NCBI RefSeq assembly: GCF_006345805.1
Contig: NC_043001.1
Location: 89,094,001-89,158,000 of the forward strand
Direction of reading: 5' to 3'
DNA: 64,000 nucleotides
Source: Octopus sinensis
Lineage: Eukaryota
The notes under the pieces are model-generated. The model did no database searches, had not been told where the DNA came from, and saw only the letters and a program-made list of their open reading frames with translations. The position numbers and the translations under genes were made by a program. Every line of letters begins with the position of its first letter. Within the stretch, counting starts at the first letter, position 1. Positions 1 to 12,825 of the stretch are shown here, in pieces.

Positions 1-33
<33 letters not shown>

Positions 34-310
34 AGATTATGTTTCAATTGGGTTAATATCTCATTTTCATCAGGTGTTTTATTCTTGAAAATGCAGTCCA
101 CAACTAGATTTAAACCAAACATTTGCATTTCTGAAAAAGGAGTATTAATGTTGTTATCCAATAAACCACTGAAACATGTATGTGTGGGTAAGGACATTAT
201 GAACATTGTAAATAAATGTCCTAAGTTCAAATTCAGCCTGAGACTATGTACATATCCAGGAATAAATCACTTCATGACATTTAGATATCAAACCCTTTGA
301 AATGTAATGC

Positions 311-545
311 CATTATCATCATCATCATCATCACCCACTTTTCCACACTTGCATGAGTCAGATGGAACTCAATGTGGCAAATTTTCTACAGCTAGATGAC
401 GATGCTGTTACCAACCTTCATTTGCTTCAAGGTAAGGTAATATTTTCTCATGGCCAGGTGTATTTATCACAGAAGTTTGGAAACAAGAAACACTGCCTGT
501 GTAACATTGTTGATCATTGATAACCACCATGTGATATCAAAACAA
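311..545 (-). mobile_element. Old RTE-3'UTR-derived short retroposon with (GAT)n tail; related copies at ~3605-3845, 39922-40150, 50475-50595, 51000-51112, 58315-58495
   Basis: (CAT)n followed by CCACTTTTCCA..CTTGCATG..TCAGATGGAA...TTTTCTACAGCT.GATG, which parallels the younger RTE 3' ends in this window. Confidence 0.65.
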
Positions 546-570
546 AGAGATAAAACATAAACAAGCATAC

Positions 571-1140
571 CTTTTACTTGTTTCAGATTGTGTCCATGCT
601 GGGGCACTATCTTGAAGGGTTAAGGGTTTAGTCAAGCAAATCAACCCCAGTACTTCTTTTTAAGCCTGGTACTTGCCCTACCAGTCTCTTATGCCAAACT
701 GCAAAGTTATGGGGACGTAAACAAACCAACACTGGTTGTTAAGTGGTAGTGGAAAACAAACACAAAGACACGCACATACATACATACTCACATACACGAC
801 CAGCTTCTTTCAGTTTCCATCATTTCCATCTACCAAATCCTCTCACAAAGCTTGGTTTGCCTAGGCCTATCGTAGAAAGCAACTGCCCAAGGTACCATGC
901 TGCAGGACTGAACCTAAAACCATATGGATGGGAAGGAAGCTCCTTTCCACATAGCCATATATATATATTTGTATGTGTATGTGTGTGTGTATTTAACAGG
1001 CTCCTTTCAGTTGTTGTATATCAAATCCACTTACAAGTAGCCAAGGGCTATAGTGAGGACATTTACTCAAGGTGCAACACGGTGGGGCTGAAGCTGAAAC
1101 CACATGGTTGGGAAGCAAACTTCTTAAGTACAAAGCCAAA
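571..1140 (-). mobile_element. tRNA-derived SINE (family with internal (TA/TG)n) plus a second SINE head; duplicated at ~3865-4433
   Basis: Reverse complement matches the younger copy at 51719-52120 (A/B-box-like head, CCTTGGGCAAG, TGACTGAAACAAGTAAAAG tail). Confidence 0.8.
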
Positions 1141-1614
1141 CACAAAATAAGGTTAATAGTCTGGTTAAACTATAATCTTAGAAACAGCTCATCACTGACA
1201 GAGATTTATCTGTTCAAAAGGATTCACAATGTAAAGTAGAGCTAAAAGAGCAATATAAAGAAAAATGAAAGAGTTTAGTAAACAAAGAATCAATAATAAG
1301 GTATACAAGCAAATAATTATTGACAGTTTTAAGAACAAATTACGTTTGTCTTCTAATAATTGACCTTTGCAGAAAGACTGAAACTTGGGATGTTTTTTGA
1401 TAATAGAGTTCACCTTGAGTTTTAAATATACTAATTGCCCACCTGTGTCTTCATATCAGACAGTCTGTGACCTTTTATAACCAGTTAGAGAACCCTGTAA
1501 ATTATATGGTGACACTACACAAAGCATTCATTAGCACTTTTCTGCTATGTAACAAGGTTGGTAGGGTGGGGAGAGATGATGATATGTGTGTTTCTGTGCA
1601 TGTGAGAGAGAAAA

Positions 1615-1652
<38 letters not shown>

Positions 1653-1671
1653 GGAGAGAGAAAGAGAGAGA

Positions 1672-1995
1672 TATGACTGCATGGTTAAGAAGTTTGCTTG
1701 CCAATCACAAGTTCAGTCCCAGTGCATAGCACCTTGGGCATCTTCTATTACAGCCTTAGGCCACCTTTTAAGTGGATTCAGTAGGCAGAAACTGAAGAAA
1801 GTGTCCTATATATATATATGTATGTATGTATGTATGTGTGTGTGTGTATTATTATTATTATTCATCTTTACATTCTGAGTTGAAACTCCAATGAGGTCGA
1901 CTTTGCCCTAGTCAAGTGCTGGGGCTGATGTGATCGACTTAACCCTCCCCCAAAATTTCAGGCCTTGTGCCTATAGTCGAAAGAATCATTATTAT
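1672..1995 (+). mobile_element. SINE head plus tail of a second SINE family; duplicated at ~4957-5280
   Basis: GGTTAAGAAGTTTGCTT...GTTCAGTCCCA head; CTGAGTTGAAACTCC..GAGGTCGACTTTGCC..GATCGACTT tail. Confidence 0.7.
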
Positions 1996-2205
1996 TATTA
2001 TTAGTTCCTCCATTGTTAACGATGGTCAAGGACATCACATGGGAGGCGACAGAGCACAGTGTGTCCGGCTGTGGCTAATCAATCCGATATGTGCTCAGAA
2101 GGTTCTGCCGCAGGTTAAGCAGTGGTAGCCTACTGGGACTGAAGATGAGGAGTTGGCTCTGGACTTATGCAGTGTGTTTTCTTGTACCCCTGCAATCCTG
2201 TTCTA
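1995..2205 (-). pseudogene. RTE-BovB-like LINE 3' end (C-terminal C2H2-type motif and 3'UTR); duplicated at ~5280-5490
   Basis: Hand translation of the minus strand gives ...VPVGYHCLTCGRTF*AHIGLISHSRTH..., followed by GATGTCCTTGACCATCGTTAACAATGGAGGAAC and a (TAA)n tail. Confidence 0.7.
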
Positions 2206-2979
2206 TTCGTAGGAAGTGACACATATAAGCATATATATAAGTGTGTGTCCAGTCTTGTCATAACATCGTGTGATATTTGTAAACAAGTGTCTCCATCATA
2301 CAAATGTGTGGTTCATTTTCAGTATTCTGTGGAAAAAGCCCAGCTAAAGGGAAATATCACCATACATGGTATCTAGTGAAAGTTGTAGAAAATCTGCCTC
2401 TATGAATTCTATCTGACCATACAAGCATGGAAAAGTTGATATCAAAATGATAACAATGATTTGTTAAAATATTCTAGTTCTAGCCAGAAATTAAGTTAAA
2501 TTAACAATCCTGGTTGGAAAGGTGAATTATTCATAAGAGTTAGATAAAAGAGTAGTGGAGGAAATGTAAATAAAGTATGTATACACAATGTCAACATACA
2601 AACTAGCTGAATGATTAATTTGAACAAACACTCATGTACACTTTATCAAAGCACAATGTGATAAACTTTTAAAGCAGTCATTATGAATGTTTAGCATTTA
2701 TTTTTAGCGATTAGATAATAAGTTTTTATTCTTATAATTAAAAACAGAAATATCATTAAGCAAGGAATCATTAAGTACAAAATCATTAAGCAAATTGTTG
2801 TTGCATTTTTATTAGCAACAGAACATTGGAAAGGCCAGATTGGTTCTCAATAAGATTTAAACTTGAAACATAAGGGTTGTGACTGAATAGCTTTTGTCTG
2901 ACACTACCAGTTCTCGTACTTCATTTTATCAACCTTCAAAGGAAGATAGATAAAAGGAAGATAGATAAAAGGCAGAGTA

Positions 2980-3250
2980 CAGTTAGGTATATTTGAAAAA
3001 GGAAAAGAATGATTTAATAGTGGTTCTAATCTTCATGATTCTTATTTTCATGATAGATTTCACTGGTAGTTCTATCAGTGAAATCATTCTTTCCTTTTCC
3101 AAATATATATATATTGATTGATCCATAAATTTCTTTATTTTCTCTCTGTTTATTTCCTTATATTCCTTCTGTTGAAGAGCATAGGCTCGAAACATAAAAG
3201 ACTTTCACTTTCCCGAGCATCAAACAAATACACCTGTTTGTGTTCATAAT
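2980..3250 (+). mobile_element. Penelope-like terminal repeat fragment
   Basis: Carries a hammerhead-like motif; flanks (TTCCCGAGCAT.AAAC.AATACA.CTGTTTG) are shared with the minus-strand copy at ~10465-10640. Confidence 0.6.
3165..3200 (+). ncRNA. Degenerate minimal type I hammerhead ribozyme motif
   Basis: CCTT CTGTTGA A GAGC ATAG GCTC GAAAC ATA AAAG; stem II intact, but the core has A6>T and the triplet region is altered. Confidence 0.5.
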
Positions 3251-3286
3251 ATATATCTAATATATAATATATTATATAGAGAGACT

Positions 3287-3334
<48 letters not shown>

Positions 3335-6246
3335 GTTTCAATTGGGTTAATATCTCATTTTCATCAGGTGTTTTATTCTTGAAAATGCAGTCCACAACTA
3401 GATTTAAACCAAACATTTGCATTCTGAAAAAGGAGTATTAATGTTGTTATCCAATAAACCACTGAAACATGTATGTGTGGGTAAGGACATTATGAACATT
3501 GTAAATAAATGTCCTAAGTTCAAATTCAGCCTGAGACTATGTACATATCCAGGAATATAATCACTTCATGACATTTAGATATCAAACCCTTTGAAAGTAA
3601 TGCCATTATCATCATCATCATCATCACCCACTTTTCCACACTTGCATGAGTCAGATGGAACTCAATGTGGCAAATTTTCTACAGCTAGATGACGATGCTG
3701 TTACCAACCTTCATTTGCTTCAAGGTAAGGTAATATTTTCTCATGGCCAGGTGTATTTATCACAGAAGTTTGGAAACAAGAAACACTGCCTGTGTAACAT
3801 TGTTGATCATTGATAACCACCATGTGATATCAAACAAAGAGATAAAACATAAACAAGCATACCTTTTACTTGTTTCAGATTGTGTCCATGCTGGGGCACT
3901 ATCTTGAAGGGTTAAGGGTTTAGTCAAGCAAATCAACCCCAGTACTTCTTTTTAAGCCTGGTACTTGCCCTACCAGTCTCTTATGCCAAACTGCAAAGTT
4001 ATGGGGACGTAAACAAACCAACACTGGTTGTTAAGTGGTAGTGGAAAACAAACACAAAGACACGCACATACATACATACTCACATACACGACCAGCTTCT
4101 TTCAGTTTCCATCATTTCCATCTACCAAATCCTCTCACAAAGCTTTGGTTTGCCTAGGCCTATCGTAGAAAGCAACTGCCCAAGGTACCATGCTGCAGGA
4201 CTGAACCTAAAACCATATGGATGGGAAGGAAGCTCCTTTCCACATAGCCATATATATATATTTGTATGTGTATGTGTGTGTGTATTTAACAGGCTCCTTT
4301 CAGTTGTTGTATATCAAATCCACTTACAAGTAGCCAAGGGCTATAGTGAGGACATTTACTCAAGGTGCAACACGGTGGGGCTGAAGCTGAAACCACATGG
4401 TTGGGAAGCAAACTTCTTAAGTACAAAGCCAAACACAAAATAAGGTTAATAGTCTGGTTAAACTATAATCTTAGAAACAGCTCATCACTGACAGAGATTT
4501 ATCTGTTCAAAAGGATTCACAATGTAAAGTAGAGCTAAAAGAGCAATATAAAGAAAAATGAAAGAGTTTAGTAAACAAAGAATCAATAATAAGGTATACA
4601 AGCAAATAATTATTGACAGTTTTAAGAACAAATTACGTTTGTCTTCTAATAATTGACCTTTGCAGAAAGACTGAAACTTGGGATGTTTTTTGATAATAGA
4701 GTTCACCTTGAGTTTTAAATATACTAATTGCCCACCTGTGTCTTCATATCAGACAGTCTGTGACCTTTTATAACCAGTTAGAGAACCCTGTAAATTATAT
4801 GGTGACACTACACAAAGCATTCATTAGCACTTTTCTGCTATGTAACAAGGTTGGTAGGGTGGGGAGAGATGATGATATGTGTGTTTCTGTGCATGTGAGA
4901 GAGAAAAAGGGAGAGAGAGAGAGAGAGAGAGAAAGAGGGAGAGAGAAAGAGAGAGATATGACTGCATGGTTAAGAAGTTTGCTTGCCAATCACAAGTTCA
5001 GTCCCAGTGCATAGCACCTTGGGCATCTTCTATTACAGCCTTAGGCCACCTTTTAAGTGGATTCAGTAGGCAGAAACTGAAGAAAGTGTCCTATATATAT
5101 ATATGTATGTATGTATGTATGTGTGTGTGTGTATTATTATTATTATTCATCTTTACATTCTGAGTTGAAACTCCAATGAGGTCGACTTTGCCCTAGTCAA
5201 GTGCTGGGGCTGATGTGATCGACTTAACCCTCCCCCAAAATTTCAGGCCTTGTGCCTATAGTCGAAAGAATCATTATTATTATTATTAGTTCCTCCATTG
5301 TTAACGATGGTCAAGGACATCACATGGGAGGCGACAGAGCACAGTGTGTCCGGCTGTGGCTAATCAATCCGATATGTGCTCAGAAGGTTCTGCCGCAGGT
5401 TAAGCAGTGGTAGCCTACTGGGACTGAAGATGAGGAGTTGGCTCTGGACTTGTGCAGTGTGTTTTCTTGTACCCCTGCAATCCTGTTCTATTCGTAGGAA
5501 GTGACACATATAAGCATATATATAAGTGTGTGTCCAGTCTTGTCATAACATCGTGTGATATTTGTAAACAAGTGTCTCCATCATACAAATGTGTGGTTCA
5601 TTTTCAGTATTCTGTGGAAAAAGCCCAGCTAAAGGGAAATATCACCATACATGGTATCTAGTGAAAGTTGTAGAAAATCTGCCTCTATGAATTCTATCTG
5701 ACCATACAAGCATGGAAAAGTTGATATCAAAATGATAACAATGATTTGTTAAAATATTCTAGTTCTAGCCAGAAATTAAGTTAAATTAACAATCCTGGTT
5801 GGAAAGGTGAATTAATTCATAAGAGTTAAGATAAAAGAGTAGTGGAGGAAATGTAAATAAAGTATGTATACACAATGTCAACATACAAACTAGCTGAATG
5901 ATTAATTTGAACAAACACTCATGTACACTTTATCAAAGCACAATGTGATAAACTTTTAAAGCAGTCATTATGAATGTTTAGCATTTATTTTTAGCGATTA
6001 GATAAGTTTTTATTCTTATAATTAAAAACAGAAATATCATTAAGCAAGGAATCATTAAGTACAAAATCATTAAGCAAATTGTTGTTGCATTTTTATTAGC
6101 AACAGAACATTGGAAAGGCCAGATTGGTTCTCAATAAGATTTAAACTTGAAACATAAGGGTTGTGACTGAATAGCTTTTGTCTGACACTACCAGTTCTCG
6201 TACTTCATTTTATCAACCTTCAAAGGAAGATAGATAAAAGGCAGAG
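3287..6246 (+). repeat. Copy 2 of the ~3.29-kb direct tandem duplication
   Basis: Near-identical to 1-2977; the ORF track also repeats (1192/4485, 2167/5452). Confidence 0.95.
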
Positions 6247-6309
6247 GTAGTTCTGATGGAAATTCAACGCAAATCATCAAAGGCAGACACTCAACACATA
6301 AAGCATATT

Positions 6310-7420
6310 TAATGTCAGGTATTTTGCCATGTCTAATAGTTTCAAATTTTTGGCACAAGGCTAGCAATTTTGGGGGAAGGGTACGTCAATTCCATCAATC
6401 CCAGTGTTCAACTGGTACTTACTTTATTAACCCCAAAAGGACAAAAGACAAAGTCAACCCTGATAATATTTGAACTCAAAATGTAAAAATGGATGAAATG
6501 CTGCTAGGTATTTTGCCTGGCATGCTAATGAGTCTGCCAGCTCACTGCCTTAAAAATCAACATAAGCAGAATTTGAACCCAGAACAACAAAGGGGGACAA
6601 AATGCAGTATGTGCTAACATTTCTGCTAGTTCACTACATAATAATAATAATAATAATCCTTTTTACAATAAGCACAAGGCCTAAAATTTTGAAAGGTATT
6701 TAGATGATACTTGACTGGTACTTTATTTTATTAAACCTGAAATGACGAATGGCAAAATTGACTTTACCAGCTTTGGAACTCAGAACAAAGATCTAGAAGC
6801 AATGCCACTAAGTACTTTGTCCTATGCGCTAATGATTCTTTTAGCTTCATGTCTTAAATATAATAATTCTTTCTAATTTTGGTACAAAGCCTGCAATTTT
6901 GAGGACAGGAGGAAGTTCATTCCATTAACTTCAGTACTTGACTGGCAGAAATTGAACTCAGAATATAAAGAGCCAGAAGAAATGCTGCCAAGCATTTTGT
7001 TCAACACGTTAATGATTCTGCCAGTTTTCCACCTTAATCATGATGATGACAAGGACAAGGCTTGATATTCAGGGAAGAATAAAATTTAATTGACCCTAGT
7101 ACTCTACTATTTATTTTATCAACCTTGGAAGGACGACAAAGGTAAGCCATCCCTGACATTATTTGAATTTATTTTAGGGGTACATGGAAGTATATAATCT
7201 AATATGTCCGTTTCTTTCCAAAGATGGTAAGCTGTGATTTGAGGTATATTTGGCTGCTATTTCTAGCAGATCAAGTGGCTGTGTTGAAGCTTTGTTGTTT
7301 GGTCAAAGAGAGATGAATGGTGAAGATAACTCTGGTAAAACCTGAACTCAGAATATAAAGGCATAACTAATTATGTGCCTGGCATTTTGTCTAACAATTC
7401 TGCTATTCACTGATGTAATA
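6310..7420. mobile_element. Cluster of decayed SINEs of the GGCAGCAAGCTGGCAGAA family, mostly minus strand
   Basis: Repeated TTTGAACTCAGAA, ACTGGTACTTTATTT, GCAAAATTGAC and ATTCTGCCAG blocks that match the young copy at 56497. Confidence 0.7.
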
Positions 7421-7794
7421 AGAAGATAATGTTTTACATAAGGTCTTTTATCAGTAGAGACACAAAAGTAGATTTCATTGTATCTGGTCTGTAATTGGAG
7501 GATCAGGATTTCAGTCTGTAAATGTATGAGGCGGAGTCAGAGTACAGCAGTGATGGGAAGGTGGTAACTTTGATGACATAAGCACAAAAATTTGTGCATA
7601 CATTGTGAAGCAGTAATGTGCATATAGAGGTCACTCGTGTACAAATGGAAGATGAGAGATGACAAACAAAATAAGGACATAGTGAGAAAGAAGTAGAATA
7701 TCATCTTAGAAGTTAATATGGAAACAGGTGGAAAGGGTGTTGGATCAATTTAATGATGGCTAATATGTAAAAAGCAGATATTAAAAAAAAATAT

Positions 7795-7990
7795 CTATAT
7801 TATGATACCAACTTGCCTGGGACAGACTGGAGTTCTATAATACAAATTTCCTGTTTTGAAGTGACCTAAACTAAAGCCTTCCATCAAAATTTCAGGTTAA
7901 TTTGTTCCAAACTCCAGTATAATTATGACAAAGTTATTTTAATAAATTTCTCACTGATTTAGAAGTATATAATGGTAACAAGGAAGAAGT
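7795..7990 (-). mobile_element. piggyBac-like MITE remnant; related copies at ~14370-14580, 21590-21735, 61260-62160
   Basis: Shared core GGAACATAAATTAACATGAAATTTTGATGGAAGG..TTTAAAACAGGAA; the 61260 copy begins TTAACCCTTT (TTAA followed by a CCC terminus). Confidence 0.55.
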
Positions 7991-8474
7991 TATTAGATTA
8001 TTTGATAAAGGCTTGGATTTAAAAAAAATAACATTTTCATAAACTATTATTATTAAGGTGGTGAACTGAAAGAGCTGTTAGACTGTCATAGAAAATGCCT
8101 TGTAGTATTTCCTTCAGCTCTTTACAATCTGAGTTTGAAATTTGCTGAGATCCACTTTGATCTTCATTCCTCCAGGGTCAATAAAATAAAGCACCAATTA
8201 CTGTACCAGGGTCAAAGAAATCGACTAAACATTCTCCCCTCAAAATCCAGCATATATTTGTTATTACTATTTTGAACTAAATACATAGAATTAGCAGATC
8301 TGCCTATATTAGAAACAATTATTTAACAAATGAAATTATTTATATTTCAGAAGGCAGCAAGCTAGCAGAATTGTTAGCATGCCTGACAAAATGATAAACA
8401 GCATTTTTTCCTGATTCATCACATTCTGGGGTCAACTTTGCCTTCTATCATTTTGGGGTCAATAAAATAATGTA

Positions 8475-9031
8475 TTGAGTTGTCCGGAAAGTTCATGCCG
8501 ATTTATATTAGCGTACCTTTCGACTTATTTTCGAACATGGTCAAGTCCATAAAATAAGATTTGACTACAACTCCATTTAGAGCACAGTTTAAGCTATCTT
8601 TTCATGGAAGAAGGTTTATGTTCCTATAACCTATGTTAATTCTGTAATCCTTTAAAATGGGAGATAAGAAATTTCATTTTCAGCACTTGATGTTTTGGGA
8701 ACCAAACGAAAATTGCTGCAGCTCGGCTGGGATGTGTTACCCTATTCACCAGATATTGCTCCTTCGGATTTCCACTTATTCAGGTCTCTGCAGAATAGTC
8801 TTAATGGTAAAAATTTCAATTCCTTGGATGACGTAAAAAGATACCTTGATGAATTCTTTGCCATGAAACCACCTCAATTCTGGGAAGAAGGTATTTTCAA
8901 GTTAAAGGAAAGATGGAGACGCATTGTGCAACAAAATGATTCGTATTTGGTTGATTAAAAATGTAATGGCAAGTATTAATTGACCTTTTTCTTTCCTTTA
9001 AAAATCGGCACGAATTTTCTGCACAACCCAA
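8475..9031 (+). mobile_element. Internally deleted mariner (DD34D) transposon, 557 bp, with TIRs and TA target duplication
   Basis: Left end TTGAGTTGTCCGGAAAGTTCATGCCGATTT versus right-end reverse complement TTGGGTTGTGCAGAAAATTCGTGCCGATTT; TA on both sides. Confidence 0.92.
8695..8958 (+). pseudogene. Mariner transposase C-terminal fragment
   Basis: KLLQLGWDVLP-YSPDIAPSDFHLFRSLQNSL...KLKERWRRIV; YSPD(I/L)APSD is the mariner third-aspartate motif, and the HPP upstream of it is deleted. Confidence 0.92.
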
Positions 9032-9189
9032 TACCAGTGAAGTACTGAGAGCAATGTGATCGACTTCCCCTCAAAATTGCTAGCCTTGTGCCAAGATTAT
9101 AAAGAAATTATCTATAGTTCAGAATACTGAAAATAAATAGTGTAAGACAAAAACCCTTTATGATATTTAGCTTTGTCTCTGTATGTTCT

Positions 9190-10260
9190 GAGGGAGTTAA
9201 GCTATTGGATTTGTCATAAGGAAGAACATCATGGCAAAGCTCACAGAAATGTTTACATCAGAAAGTGATATGATGATGATAACAGGACCACTAACAAGGA
9301 ACTGCAATGCTACAATAATCAGTATGTATGCTTCAACTGTGACACACTCCACTGAAAACAAGGAGGTTTTTCCACAGCCAGTAACACATATGAAAACATA
9401 CTTCACAAGATCAAACTGTTATTTATGAGAAACTGAGACACAAGGACAGAAAAAGACTACAGAGATTGGCTTCTAGTTATGGGAAAATATGGTGTTAGTG
9501 GCTGCAAATACCATGTTCAAAGAGAAAATCAAACACAATACAATATGGATTCACCTTTACTCTGAACATCATTAAATGATTGATTTTGTTGTTACATGAT
9601 AGCAGGACAAAATGGACATTCATGGGCAGAAGAGTTACATATAGCACAAACTGCTATATTAATTGCCTGCTATTAAGATTTAGGATTACTTTCTACAAAT
9701 ACCAAAATTACAACAGAAACCTTCCAAATCAATCAAGTTTGATATAGATATACTTTGTACCATTCATAAGCTAAAATTAGCAGAAGAGATCGAATGTGCA
9801 GGAAGAGCTGTCAATCACCCAGATCATGTCTTTGGACAGCTTGTTTATGATAGGGCTAAAACAGCTATTGGCAAGCCCAAATGGAAGCATCAAGATTGGT
9901 TTGAACTCAACGATCTTAAACTCAAAACAGGTGCTACAAAATCAGGCTGGTGAAACTCTAGATCAACCATGACTACATACAGAGATATTTGCAGATTGCC
10001 ATAAAATCACACAATAATACTGATGTCAAAATAGTGGAATCAGACAGCAGAAGACAAGCAATGGACCACAAGCATGAATAAAATTAAGGGCTTCTACAAG
10101 GAAATTTCGGAACCACAGAGAGAGAGAGTCACTTTAAAATCATTTGATTTTAAGGAGGAAAGGACTCTCAGACAATAGGAGAATATTGAAGATGTGGTTT
10201 GAACACTCAGAAACTGCTTCATATGCCTGGAGACACAAAGCAACATACAACAATACACTA
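9190..10260 (+). pseudogene. Heavily decayed RTE/BovB-like LINE, AP-endonuclease region
   Basis: ATIISMYASTVTHSTENKEVF resembles the RTE motif ATIISAYAPT..E.KE.FY; downstream VMGKYG, AANTMF and IDFV-like pieces with stops. Confidence 0.6.
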
Positions 10261-10404
10261 TTAATCCACCCTATGAAATACCAATGAAAGAATTTGCAAT
10301 CTTCTGTCTACTGAATGACAAAGCATATATATGAATATCTCTCTTGCTCTCTCTCTCTCTACATATATATATATATATATATATATACATACACATGTAT
10401 ATTT

Positions 10405-10443
<39 letters not shown>

Positions 10444-10531
10444 GTGAGAATTTACAAAAACACAGAAGACGAAGAAGGGTGTGTAAACAACAAACAGATG
10501 TATTAGTTTAATGCTCGGGAAGAGAGAAAGT

Positions 10532-10566
10532 CTTATATGTTTTAAGTCTACACTTTTCGACGGAAT
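10532..10566 (-). ncRNA. Degenerate hammerhead motif in a Penelope-like repeat (same family as 3165)
   Basis: Minus strand reads TT CCGTCGA A AAGT GTAG ACTT AAAAC ATA TAAG; stem II still pairs but the core is mutated. Confidence 0.4.
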
Positions 10567-10656
10567 GGAACACAGAAATAAACAGGAAGAGAAAATAGAA
10601 GGTTTAGTGGCTAGCGATCTATCATGCATTTCTCTTATTAATTGTTATATATATAT

Positions 10657-11444
<788 letters not shown>

Positions 11445-11514
11445 GTACATATATATATGTACATATATATATTACATATATATATGTACATATATATATG
11501 TACATTATATATGT

Positions 11515-12825
11515 GGCCTGTCGACAATCATCTATCTCGCTTTATGTCTACGAAGATGATTCTTGAGTCCAGCTTTACTGAGGCAGGGTCTTGCACAGAC
11601 ACTGCTTGTCAGCATCATAGGAAGACCCTTACCATCTGGATGTGCAACAACGATGCCCTTCCTGACATCCCTCCTTATTTTCTCATGCGCAACTCAAGAT
11701 TTTTCAAAAGTAGCTGTCCCCTCATGCACAATCCTTCTCCACCTGCTACGGCCAATAGCTATGCCCTTCCATGTGTCAAAAGAGATGCAAGCATCTCTTA
11801 AGGAAGCCTTCAGCAAGTCCTTATACCTCTTTTTTGGTTTATGTGGAGGTCGTTCTCCTTTAGCTAACTCTCTATAAAAGAGTTGTTTTGGCATCCTTGA
11901 ATCCATCATCCTGACCAGATGACCACTCCATCTGAGCCTTTGCTTTAACACAAGAGCTTCTATACTTTCACACACCGAGAGCCTTCCAATATTTCAAGAT
12001 CACTGATGCGGTCCTTCTACTTAATGCCATAGATCCATCTGAGACACATCTGATGGAAACGCTCCAGTCGTTTAAGGTGGTATCGATATGTGACCCACGT
12101 CTCGCAGGCATAAAGAAGAGAAGAGAGCACACATGCCTTGTACACTTTTATCTTTGTCTTCCTGCATATGTCTCGCTGACTCTAGAGGCGCCTTTCCAGC
12201 TTTCCGAAAGCATCACTTGCTTTCCTAATTCTGTATGGAATTTCATTATCCAAATTGCTATATCTATTAATAGTGCTTCACAGGTAGACAAACTGATCAA
12301 CTAATCAAGTCATTTACCATACACATACATATTTGCTTCACTATACTGCTTACCAGGGGCAGGTTGGTACATGACAACAGTTTTCTAGAGACTGAGGCTG
12401 TCAATCCTAAGGCAGTGCAAGCATCAGAGAATGCATTCAAAATGTGTTGCATATCAATCTCTGTGTGCTACTACATCACAATCATCTGCATACAAAAGGT
12501 CTCTTATGATAAAGGTAAATACCTTTGTTTTTGCAGCAAAGTGCCTGATATTAAATATGCTGCCAGAGGTTCGATAATGGATGTAAACACCATATCTGCA
12601 GTTTCTGAATGCAATACAGAAAACCATCGCAAAATATATGGCAAATAGGGTCAGTGCCAGAATATCCCCCTGTTTCACTCCATTTTGTATTGAGATAGGC
12701 TCCAACATTTTCCCTCTAACATTAACCCTACCCTTCATTCATGTCTTCAGGAAAAGACCTAACCAAAGCAAGGAACTTTTCAGGACACCCAAGTTTCTGG
12801 AGGACTTTCCACAGTGCATACATAT
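11515..12825 (-). pseudogene. RTE-BovB-like reverse transcriptase remnant
   Basis: GVKQGDILALTLFAIYF, YRTSGSIFNIR, RDLLYADDC, RLRWSGHLVRM.DSRMPKQLFY and a terminal C..C..AGLKNHLRRH motif. Confidence 0.9.

Larger units (their letters stand above)
1..2977 (+). repeat. Copy 1 of a ~3.29-kb direct tandem duplication
   Basis: TTATGTTTCAATTGGG at 37 recurs at 3331 (offset 3294); similarity continues to GGCAGAG at 2977 versus 6246; differences are mostly 1-2 nt indels. Confidence 0.95.
8351..9115 (+). mobile_element. SINE interrupted by a mariner element
   Basis: The SINE body ends at ...ATAAAATAATGTA and resumes as TACCAGTGAAGTACTG after the mariner. Confidence 0.75.

Noticed and set aside
743-1150. 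135-aa ORF and its duplicate at 4150, plus similar ORFs at 50597, 51700 and 49119
   Set aside because: Antisense or sense read-through of SINEs; the recurring SVSVYQIHSQG..EDTCP peptides come from repeat sequence.
7440-7790. Possible very old L2-like RT relic (and a similar one at 47640-48160)
   Set aside because: Only faint motif resemblance with many stops; not supportable without a profile search.
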